64,000 nucleotides of DNA from Zygnema circumcarinatum SAG 698-1b (taxonomy: Eukaryota > Plantae > Zygnematophyceae): NCBI GenBank assembly GCA_037447605.1, contig CM074806.1:4774001-4838000 (forward strand). The letters are read 5' to 3'. The position numbers and the translations under genes were made by a program. Under the pieces are notes generated by a model. That model searched no databases and was not told the origin of the DNA. It saw nothing but the letters and a program-made list of their open reading frames with translations. This document shows, in pieces, positions 46,349-61,015 of the stretch. How positions within the stretch are numbered: the first letter of the stretch is position 1; the number at the start of each line of letters is the position of its first letter.

Positions 46349-49300
46349 TTATTGGTCTGCAGTGGTCCAGTGCCGGAACTTGCAGATGCCCCTGCGGTTC
46401 TCGTGGAACGAGGCCCTCACGGAGAGCAGCAGCCGCACCACTGCCGGTTCGGAGGAAACTCCCGGGTCGACTTCCTGCAGAGCAGCAGGGCACCTCAAGC
46501 ACAGCCAAAACACAGGGTTGAGAAACAGCCTTTGGGAACACGAATGTAAGACGAGGCTCTCTCTCTGATTCCTCAAAGAGATTTCACACCGTAGCACGCA
46601 TCAAAAGCTTTAACCCTTCTGAAGACGAGCACTGACCAGAGCACTCAGGCGATCCTCCAAGCCCACGGTGGAATCGGAACTCAAAAAGAGCTTCTGGTAC
46701 GCCTTGCGGATGGCCTGAACCTGACATTGCCATATCCAAAAATATTGGGATGGCATCAGCGGCTAAGAAAACACTCCCTTTCAGGTTCGTAGCATGCCGG
46801 AAGGGAACTCAAGGGAGAGAAACAGCCGAGTACAGGACACATTTAGCAACTTATAGACGTTCTCCATTTCCTTTTAGGGAACTTCGCTGCTCCATGCTCA
46901 AGAAGACTCCGTTTTCATCTCAGTAAGACAGAAATGCCCTGGTGAATATATTCGCCCTTTCGCTTTGAATGCATGTCTGACCAACCTGCGCATCAGAGAA
47001 GCCACACCGGCGCATGCCTTCAAGGTTGAGGCCGCGGAGCTCAGCTCGGTCTCCAGCTACCATTGTATAGACCGGCACATCTCGAGCCACCTGTCCTCCC
47101 TCAAACACGCAGACCGCCGTTCACATTCGTATTGCCAAACATCATCATTGAAGCAATGCAGTCTTCCGCAATCAACAATACTGCCACAGACTCAGAGACC
47201 CGTGTTGTCAGGCCTAGAGGCGGAGTTCCACTTATAGCATTTCTTTCGATTATAGGTCATTGGAAGTCGGTTCACATTGGTTATACATATTGCCTTTATC
47301 CATGTACATCTGATGGCGAGAGATCATGGCATTTGGATCAATGCCAACACACATCCTAAATAAAACAGTGTTTTTATCCTGCGTAAGATCTGATGGCAAT
47401 CGGAGAGTTTGCAGGCTGCAGCTGAAAGCTGCAACTTCTCATTTCGAGAATGAAAAGAGAATGGAGGACAGCATTGGCGGAGCTAATATTTACAAAGGGT
47501 GCGTCTCACCATGGAGCCTCCAGCGAGGAATGAATACGCTCCTAGATGGCAGAACTGATGGACGGCAACTGCTCCACCTGTATGCACATAATCCTGCAGG
47601 TTTAAGCCCAAAAATACCTCAAGATCACCAACAACCAAGCAACAATTCTGACTGAATAGGTGGTGTCAGACTTCACAAAATCTTACGAAACGCATTACAA
47701 AAAAGAAAGTTACGAAAGTACTCCGCAGCAGGCGGATCGCGATACTCGTTCTGGTGTCAAACTTACGAACAGCCATACTGATGTTCTTTAAGTCTGACAC
47801 GCCCTAATATGATGATTGGATTCCGGAAAATAGCGACATGCATCCAACCTACCGAGACAGTGGGTCGTCTTTGGATCATCGTGCTTAGTCTACAGTGCAA
47901 CCTCGAACTAGAGAATTTCAGCAGTTCTTGATTTCTATTGAAGCGAACAGAAAAGAGGGGTTCACTCCTCACCTCCACTACCACATGGCCTCCGAATAGT
48001 GTCCCATTGGCGAAAATGTTTCGATTGCCCAACTTGCAGTCATGCGCCACGTGGCAGGAACCCATGATCAGATTATTGTCACCAATTTCCTGCAAGCCAC
48101 CCCACAAACACAAGGTGTGAAATTTCCTCCAATCCGAACTCGCTGTAGCTATCGACAAGCAATGGAGACTGTTCATGCTAGATCCATATTCTACCTGCAG
48201 GTTGAAACTTCAGCAACTTAGAAAGTTGAGGAATTGGCTTGCTAGTTTCAAGACAGATTAAATTTGCACAAGCTAAGACAAGTAAAAACCTATCCTTGCC
48301 TTCAAAAAGGAGTTGCGTGCGCGAGATCCTTACCGTTAAATCGTCAGATTTGGAGGAACGGTGGATACTGACGTGTTCCCGAACATCATTTCCATTTCCC
48401 ATCTTTAAGAAGCACGCCGTTCCCTCCTATTCCTCCCTTCCCCCAATAACCTCTCTGACCCAGTGAGCTTAACATCGTTAAATCCAAATGCCAACACATC
48501 ATCATTGCTCCAGCTCTTCTGATACGTCCAAACTCGTTTAATTTGATTAATGACAATGGTTCACCTTATACTTCATATCTTGGCAGCGCACTCCAACCAC
48601 AGCATGGTATCCAATAATGTTGTCACTGCCCAGTATCGTGTGTCCAGGAATGTCGGCTCCAACTATGGCACCGCTGCAGCCATAGCAAATGCCCCAAAAC
48701 GTCATCTCCTTCTCACCAAGTTGTCTAAATTTGATTCAGAGTTTCAAGCTATAAAAAAAAAAATGGTGTGTCTCCATTCCATTCTGTCTGCGAATTACTG
48801 CCAGTATTCCACTTAGTTGATTTCTAACTTCACGCTATCAGGTTTGTAACATGCCCAATTCTGTTCACAAGCACTCTTTGTTCCAAAACATTCAGTGAAT
48901 TAGGCTCACATGAACTGCTCTACTTGCAAGCGAGTCACGCGTTCAACATACCTGAGCAGAGTGCAGCGCGCTCCGAGCTCAGTTGAGCCAAAAACGTGGC
49001 TTCCTGCATGTAGCTTGCAGTCAGGGCCAAGACGAGCACCCGGCCCCACCGTACATAGAGGGCCAACCTCGACACCCTGCAGAGAGTGACCCATAGTCAT
49101 GATCCAGAGACAACTGGATGGAACCTACTCTACAGCGAAGGGGTAAAAGGTTATCTCATGCACTATCGGGATAGCAAGAAGCAGAGAGCTAACCACTCCA
49201 TATCTTCAAAGGTGAGGAGGTCACCTCTTCTAATACAGCGTCCGGGTGCACGTAGGCAGAGGGATGTATGGTCACATTCCTGCTTGGCTTGCTTGCAAGT

Positions 49301-50344
49301 GTCCCTCCTGGATGCAAGGCTGGAGAAGGATGACACAGATGAACAGCAGAATCTGCCAGCCCTCGCTCAGGAGGCTCCATGCCTGAAGAACGCAAGGCAA
49401 GTATGGAGTCTCAGAGCTTTGGAAATATGAGCTCGGCAAAATTTCCAAATTTTGGCCTTAGGATAAAGCAGCACAATCTACCATTAAAAAAACACATTCA
49501 CTCAATGCTAGCAATAAAATCTCAAAGACGGCTAATCACAGCAACGATGAGCCATAGTTCAGCATATTGTCAGATCGAACGCCTTAATGACCTGCAGTAG
49601 CTCCAGTTGCGCGGGGCAGGACGCCATTCCCATGGCTCCCATCAGCTGCAGATGGCTCCGTCTCTCCAGACGTGTCCATTGGGCCATCCTGGACACATTG
49701 AGAGGACAGATGAGGTAAGGAAACGTGACACAGAATACATGGAATCGCACTCCAGAACAATACGGAAAAACAAACGCCTCTAGTTGAGGTTAAGAAAGAG
49801 GTACACATCGACCGTTTAGAAATGGCACTAACAAGAAGTGTGCACTCTGCAAGAAAATCTGACATTACGATTCGGGTACGCGGATTTCATACTGCCAGAT
49901 ACAAGAGGCAATGCTGGTAGCTACCAATGCTGGGGCGGACTACAGTGTACTTCACACCTCATAAACAGCAGATCCCATAATGTTTGATCGCGAAAATCCC
50001 ACGCTGTTTGATGCAAAGTGTACGCGGCTACTCCACTTTCCCAGAGACGCATTCGAACCGGTGCAAATTGCTTGAACCCTCTCCAACCGCAAGGATCGTT
50101 CACCCTGCATCTTCAAAGGGCAACTCGAAACTCTTTTCCCTGACTGAGAAGAAGACCATCCATACATAGGCTTTTCCGCAGCCGTGACCTCCTGTCCGAG
50201 TGAGCTGTGCCTTCCATGGTACAGCGAAAGAGCTCCGGAGACAGCCATGGCCATGCTGCTCGTCGAGGCGTGTAACCCTAACCCTATCTCTGTCGACTCA
50301 GACGTGCTCCTACGCGCAGAGTACGAACGAAAGCGACAGAGCAT
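46349..50344 (-). CDS. LPXA: UDP-N-acetylglucosamine O-acyltransferase (lipid A pathway, organellar), 11 exons, ~417 aa
   Basis: Exons: 50189-50344, 49592-49688, 49225-49382, 48952-49076, 48565-48673, 48334-48426, 47973-48089, 47510-47593, 46986-47090, 46637-46720, 46349-46474 (1254 nt). Hexapeptide repeats (IHPSAYVHPDAVL), VGVRCQDMKY, catalytic HVAHDC, HQFCHLG, GLNLEGMRR and RRGICKFR are present. Confidence 0.95.
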
Positions 50345-51502
50345 GAGAAAGTGCCGCAGCGAACAAGCTGCACTACGCCCTTTGGTGGAGAAGCGCTTCA
50401 GCTCCCTTCGTTCCCGCCTCCCTGCAGTCGGAGGGGGCCATGGCCGCTGCTGCCCCGCCTTGCAGTGTGCTGCAGGGGGTCACTGAGAGGCTGCACCAGA
50501 GGGTGCCAACTGGCAGAGCAGTGGGCTGTGCCAGCATTGGCCATTTTTCGACCAAACGTTTGGAATCAGTACATAATACAGGATAGAAATCGGATTATTA
50601 AGTACTGTTTCTGAAACACAGCGACAAAGAGTAGGCGCACCAGCATCGGGCCGTCGGCAAGTAGATTGGACAAGAAGTGGGTTGTGTGGTACGGGTATCC
50701 GAACTGATTTGATCTGGATCCATGCGCAGGGAACACTTGTTTTTCCTCCTAGTTACAGCGAACTATGCACGTGCAACGCCCGAACGACTGTTTGTTTGGA
50801 AGCCTTGTCAACCTGTTGCATATTACTGAACCGTTTCCCGTCTTGTCCTACTGCGGAGGCTCTGTACGGAGGCCATTTCCGACCTTGGCAGTCCAGTAAT
50901 GTTCATCGTAAGTGCCACGTGGCACGTGGACCGGCATCCCGAAAGGAAGGGCGAGCGGCGGAGCGTCGATCTCCGGCACGTGCCAAAGCGGGCTGCCCGG
51001 CCTTCCGGGGGATGCCATCCATCGCGCCAAGGCTGGCTGCCTTCCAGGCTTCCGACGACGCAGGATCCGATCGGGGCCGTCCGCGCCTCGCGCCGCCGAC
51101 GCCTCCGATGGCAGTGAGTCCGGGCCAGTTGTTCGTTGCGGCTGCCCGCGGTCGCTCATAGGCGCAGCCGAGATCGCGATCGCGCTGACACCCGCTTTTC
51201 CGGACACTCCGCGGTTCCTGTCCGTTGAAAGTTTTGGCCGGGCAGCCCGAGGAGCTTGCAAAATTGACCCCTACAGAGTCAACAGCCCGGTCGGGGTTGT
51301 GAATCTCGACAAGGGAAATGAGGAATAGTATGACTCGAAGTTAGTACGTTTTCTCGTGTTATACATTTATCAAAGAGAATGATGAGTACTAGTTCTGAGA
51401 CGTTCCCAAACAGAATCCCTACGTTTATTTTCCTGATTGACAAGGCCTTCGCCTGGTCTACAGACTACCGCACAGAACATACGGTACTCCTATGACCAAC
51501 TA

Positions 51503-51615
51503 GGTTGAGAAATCGAACATTTTTCTACTTAATTGTTCAAACGTTCAACTGGAACTTTTTCTGTTTTTCAATTGAACATTGGACAATGAAGTAAAAAATG
51601 TTCGATTTCTCAACC
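51503..51615. mobile_element. 113-bp palindromic element with TA flanks (Stowaway/Tc1-mariner-like MITE or hairpin RNA precursor)
   Basis: Left arm GGTTGAGAAATCGAACATTTTTCTACTT pairs with right arm AAGTAAAAAATGTTCGATTTCTCAACC. TA occurs at 51501-2 and 51616-7, and the inner arms are also complementary. Confidence 0.65.
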
Positions 51616-52531
51616 TAATAATTGGTAGTAGTGTATGGTACGGTATCATGCATGGCGCATGCATTTGCGGCCACATGCAGTGCACTTGGCGAAGCCGCAT
51701 GGCCGGGCGCATGCCGTACCGCACATGCCGCCTGCGCATATGGCGGCACGCTCCCCGTACGGCCCAGAGCTCAGGACGGGGCCGGCCCTGGGCGGCAGGG
51801 GCGCCATGCCCGCCCGGCGCTTCTGCGATAAAGTTTTTCCCTCTTGGGCCCGTCCTCTGCGCGCCAATGGCAGCTTCCCTAGAGTTTCCACTGCCCGCCC
51901 TGGAAACGTCCAAACCCGCCCATGATTTTGAGCCAATCGCGCCCTTATATCCTCGCCCAAGGCACTGCCGTGGCCGCACGCTACTGGGTGCCCCACCCAC
52001 GTGACATTCCACCCCTTCCAGGCGCCACGTGGCCTTCCCTTTTCTCTCGATCCACCAGCGGAGCCGTCGGATGAGGTGGACTCCGCACCAGCGCGGATCA
52101 ACTCCGCTGCCCGCGGCGCGAAAAAGGCACATTCACACGTGCGATTCGAACCTTTGGAGCGTTCGCGAAGGCCGGCACGCCCGGACCCGGTTCGCGCGGG
52201 CCTCGAGCCGGAATGAGGCTGGCTCGGGCCCGGCTCGGGAAGTTTCCGGATCTCTGGTCCGGGGGCTTCTTGGCCCTGCAGGTCCTGGCCTTGTCCTGCA
52301 TAACGCAGCTCTTGTCAAGCGAAGGGAGAAGGCGCCGTTTTCTTGGAACCGCCCTTGCCTGCTTCTGCTCGCTTCCGCTTGCATACATTACAGCTGCGGG
52401 AAATTTTTGTTTCTTGTTCATCTCCGGGGAAACTTACGTCCAGTAGAAGGCGATTGAGAGCTTTTTTGGGCTTCTTACTCTGCCGGCTTTAGAACTCGGG
52501 AGAGTCTGCTGGTGTTGAAGACGTAGACAAG

Positions 52532-56075
<3,544 letters not shown>

Positions 56076-56955
56076 CTGACGCCCTTCTGCAGGCAGTTGC
56101 ATTGGAGGGTTTCTGCTGGGCCAGGTTTGTGGCATTGTAGCATTTGTTGTCATCTCGTGGGTAGGCTTTCATTCACAAGAGGGGGTAGTGAGGGAATGTG
56201 TGTAGGGAGTAGTCCATGTAAAGTGAAGGGCTTGAGGTTTAGGGGCTGTTGTACAATGCAATGAAGCATGAGGGCATGGGTTCATAGATCAGGTGGCGCT
56301 CAAGAGCCGCTTTTAGATGTAGCCTGCCTTGGGTAGAGTTCCTTGCTTGTGTGTGAATTTGTGAGGAAAATTTACACCAATTTGTTTTCTCCAATCTAAA
56401 TCCTTTTTCCACATACTTCCTGTTTTTCTACACAAGGACTGAATCTCTTTCGCACAACTGTTTGCGGGTGTTGTTGGAAGTCGAATACTGTCCTCAGCTA
56501 CTTCACGGTTGTTGTTTTTCTCTGAATGTTTTTTTTACATCAATTTTGCAGGAAGAAAGTACCTCGTGAAATTTTGAAGTCAACATTTTTTTGCCGATTA
56601 AACAGAAAACAGTAAAAAGACATTAATTTCATGCGTACCTCTTCTTTCAATTCATTTTATACATCCTCCTAATCGAAATGGGGAGTAGAGTTTATTTTGA
56701 ACTTACTCTAAGACCAGCAATCCTTTATCTTACAAAAAAGTTGAACTTACACAAAAGCAAAGTGAAGCAAAATATCCCAAATAGAGTAGTATGTCTTTAA
56801 ACTTACACTCGCACTGCAACATCTGAGACCAACCTCAAAAGCAGTGCGAACACTTTCTAATATCAGTTTATCCTCGAACTACGACGATGCTGAATGGCGC
56901 ATTGCTGCTCCCACGGACGAGTCCACGGCATAGTCGAAATCTGATGTTTTCACAG

Positions 56956-58638
56956 TCACAACATGGGTCGAATGCCCCGCGCCAACTGGGCCCATTCAAC
57001 AGCCTCCTCAGGGATCTGCATAACGCATGAAGCAATTCAGCGTTAAATGATTTGGCTGAAATAAAGAAGTCTCGTTTGACTCTTTTGCTACCATGGAACA
57101 ATCAGTTCGAGCTCGCTTCCATCTCCAGCTGCATGTGCCTACCTGCGCAAGAAGCCATTCCATATTGCTCAGAGAGAGCCGCAGAAGCTTCAATGCCAGA
57201 TCAAATCTGCTGTTCGCAATGGACCCTTCTGTTCGAAAATCATCGGTCCGATTACTGCCCACCGGCATCTGGACTTTCCAGATTGAGCTTTGAGCATAAC
57301 CCAAATCTCCAAGAATCTGCGACAGCCATCCAAGGAGACATCCTATCTCAGGAAAATCACGGTATCGAGGAAAGAGCTCCAAGCTTGTATTCAATGGAAC
57401 GAACTTTTGAGTCCAACCCCCAACAGAGACTTTGGGTCAATCACCTCCTCCACTGTTTCTGGGTCCACGTCATAAATCTCCACCAATGGCGGCAGGTTGA
57501 TGGCGAGGCTCTCAGCAACTTTCGCCATAACTCTGCTTCATCCTTTCCCCATCCCCGGTCCCTCCTTACCCACTCCTTATGTCGCTTTGGAAACCTCCGA
57601 CCACTTAACACAATTTAGTAGGGAGGTAGCCGAAACAGTACGGCATAAACCCATAAAGCTTGTACTGTACCCCAAATTGTGTGTTCACGTGTGCCTTTTA
57701 TCCCCATCGACACATTGCCTGCGCCAGTATAGGCAGCTGCAGGAGAGGACGGAGGCAGAGGCACATAATGAGACGTGAAGTGGCCCACCTGAGCCACTGC
57801 CGCAATTCCGCGGGCGAACGAACTTCAGCAGCGGAGAGAATTTGAAGAATCTCTCTTGCGTTCAGAGCTGCAATTAGAGATCGCTCTCCCACGTCTTCCA
57901 GCGCGCTGGCCCCTGCCCCCTATGCCCGCTGCCGTGACTCATTAGCTCACGGCAGCTAACACATACATAAACTTTAAATCACATCACTTTTTTCCTTCGA
58001 AACCCTTCGCAGGTAGTCTCACCATAGTAGTCGTAGATGAAGATTGATAGTGTTTAATACAAACAGTTTCCTAGTTAGTGTCAAGAGTGATTTACGAAAG
58101 AGTCATCAATTGCAAGAAAGACGATGAATTTAACGTTTCTTAGAAGAGTCCCCTATGAAATTTAAAGACTGTAGTGAGCGCAGATCAATCCCAACAAGCT
58201 GCGGCTTCAAGACATGTCATGGTACACTGAGAGACAGAGGAAGATTAAAGCCTATCAGTACCAGTACTGCTAAGAAAAGCTTTGGCGTCAAACCTGATCA
58301 GCAGAGAGCAGCAGCACAAGACCCCCGACTGCCATTCTTCGCGATGTCAATCCGAACCGCTCCCCTGATCGTCTGGCGCCTCTCTCTTCCCCTCCCTGCA
58401 CACTCCTTCTCACTGAGACCTCATCTCTCCTTGCGCCGCATGTGCTAATCTGAGCTCTCCTCCTCCCTCCCCTCGCAGAGACGCCCCCGCGCCTTTCCTT
58501 CCCCACCATGGCCGCGCGCAAGGACAAAGTTCTACATTCATGGCTTGGATGAAGGTCCCGGAAGGACGATGAGAGGGAGAGGGGCTCGGCGAGAATTCCT
58601 TCATGCATGAACGAGAGAAGCACAGAAGCTCCAGCCAT
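56956..58638 (-). CDS. Probable thylakoid-lumen protein with a bipartite transit peptide (Tat RR signal) and a four-helix (PsbQ-like?) mature domain, 5 exons, ~265 aa
   Basis: Exons: 58294-58638, 57789-57919, 57445-57532, 57143-57316, 56956-57015 (798 nt, in phase). An S/R-rich stromal peptide is followed by TSRR, a hydrophobic stretch (MAVGGLVLLLSA) and an A-S-A cleavage motif. The mature part is amphipathic-helical. Confidence 0.65.
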
Positions 58639-59049
58639 GGCGGTGTTCTGAGAGGACGCAGCTCCTGCCGACACGTGGCAGGCGCCTGCGTCTCCTCCGC
58701 CAATGGCTGCCGCAGAGGATTGGGCCACGTGGCAGTGCTTCACGGGCGGTGGCTGGCGGGGCCGAGGCGGAGACTTGTCGGCTGGCGGAGGCAAACCGAC
58801 CGTTCCGCCGGCCGGCAGGTATGTACGGACGCTTAACAAGGGGGCCGATGCATCCCACCGTCGGCCAGCAGGCGCGGCCGGGATGGCCGGCGCAATTTTG
58901 CCGGCCGTCTTGGCTAAAACTTGCCGGCCGGCGGCTTTCCGACCCCTTTCTTGGACTCCAAGGCCGCGACGAATGTCGGTGGTGTCGGTGGAGGATATAA
59001 AATAACAGCTTTGCTTGTTTTATCTTAAGAAAGATGTCTTTTTTTTTTT

Positions 59050-59943
59050 GGGTAGTGATATTTCCACCCCTTTTTTGGATCCAAACACCCCTTCCCGGCC
59101 GGGCAGATTTAAAAAAGGATTAAAAACGGAAAATGCTTTTTTCACACCTTTTTGGAATCGATACCCACCCTCCATCGGCAGATTTTATTTTTGCGAAACA
59201 AGGAAATAACCCGTCACCCCATTTTGAATATCCCGCCTACCTGAATTTTTTTTCACGCGTGCGGCCAATCGCAGCCGTCGATTCCCTCGCAGATCGCAAC
59301 ATGGCAGATCACTATTTGCTCTGCAGGAGGGCTCGGTCACAGCGAATGGCAGGTGCCCACGTATCCCGCCAAAGTCGTCTCAAAAAGTTGTCCGTACAAA
59401 TGTCGTACGGTCGCAACTTTGAGGAACCCAATATTTCGTACATTGAGAGCTTGGACCAATCAAAGTTTTTCACGTCAAAAATTTAACACGTGGCAGCGCA
59501 CTCGCGCGTGCGATCCGGCTTTGGCGGGACTCGTGGGCGGTTTCCATTCGATAAGATCGAGCCCGGCAGCAGATCGAACGGTGACCTGCAGTGGTGCGAT
59601 CTGCGAGGGAATTCGACAGATGCGATTGACACGCACGTGTGAAGGACGGACACCCGCGAACGATCTCGTGGCGGACGGATCTTCCGCTCCGAGCGGATTC
59701 GGGCAGGCAGATATTTCTTTCCCTCAAAAAAAAAATTCAGGGAGGCGGGATACAGTATTCAAAATGCGGTGACGGGGTATCATTTTCCTTGGTTAGCAAA
59801 GATAAAATCAGCCGACGGAAGAAGGTGGGTATCGATTCCAAAAAGGTGTGAAAATAGCATTTTCCGTTTTTAATCCCTTTTGAAATCTGCCCGGCCGGGA
59901 AGGGGTGTTTGGATCCAAAAAAGGGGTGGAAATATCACTACCC
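59050..59943. mobile_element. Non-autonomous foldback / Mutator-like element (~894 bp) with very long terminal inverted repeats, inserted in a poly-T tract
   Basis: Termini GGGTAGTGATATTTCCACCCC...GGGGTGGAAATATCACTACCC. Near-identical arms run ~200 bp (59050-59253 vs ~59730-59943), and more diverged complementarity continues to ~59377/59515. Flanks are T11 and T12. Confidence 0.88.
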
Positions 59944-61015
59944 TTTTTTTTTTTTGCGTTCACAATTTGAACTCTTTTTATTTATCTAATTTAGGACGAG
60001 TGCGACAAAATGCTGTTTGATCCGTCACGCTCCGTCACCGTCGGTGACAGCTGGTGTGAAGAACAGGCGCGCGCTGAGCTGGCCGGTCCCTTACTGCAAT
60101 CATTTTCCGTACCTCAATTTGTCGTTTTAATCTACGAACGCCGTGACACCTAGATATTTGTTGTCGTTGCTGCTGTTGGCTTTGCCCAATGGTGCACACA
60201 TGGACGGCGACCCATGCCCATCCATCCCCTGACCTGAACCCCTTCGCTGGACGGAGCGTTGGACGACGAAGGGGTGTTGGCCCGCAGCCGTTGTCTGTTG
60301 CAGAAGGCTGTGAGCGGCATGCAGGGCAGATGGATGCTGTGCGGTCAAGAGAGGAGAAGGGAAATAAAAGCACACGCGAGCATCACCCGCTTTGCTTTGC
60401 TTTGCTTTTCGTCCATTCATATTAAAAGAGCGAGTGCCGCACCAGGCGACAAAAAGAACAGTCAGCAGAAGTGGGTGACCTCTGGCCATCATCGCCCAAA
60501 GGGCTCGATTCCTCTCCTCGCTAAAGCAGTGCAGCTGCATGCTCTGCACTGCGTACCGTATCCTACGTGCCGCTAAACTTCCTGCTTCTCCTTCTCCTAT
60601 AAGCCAAACACCGAGCTCCAATGGCGGAGCAGGCAATATTATACATAGGACTTACCGAAGCAGAAGCCTCTACTGACCTCTTACCGCCTGACTGCAGTAC
60701 AATATCTAGTACAACAGTAACGTAGGACTAATGTTACACGAATAATAGAGCTGCCATACCTACATGAGACTGGCACGAAAATTTGTGAGCCGAGGCAAAA
60801 TCTGTGCCAGAAAAAGCTCTGTATCCTAAGCTTGCTTGCTTACACTGCCCGCTTCCCTCAGCCGCTCTAAAACCCCGCGTGCATGTGCTAAGGAGCATCT
60901 CCGAGTCCCACTTCCTCCAATTAAGGGGCGGGGGAGCACAAAATGAGAAACATCAGAGTCACATATTCCTCCCATTCCATTCCACTCTACACTGCGACCA
61001 GTCGAAGCTTTCTCC

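Noticed and set aside
57052-57618. 188-aa plus-strand ORF
   Set aside because: Antisense shadow of the spliced lumen-protein gene, with no domain.
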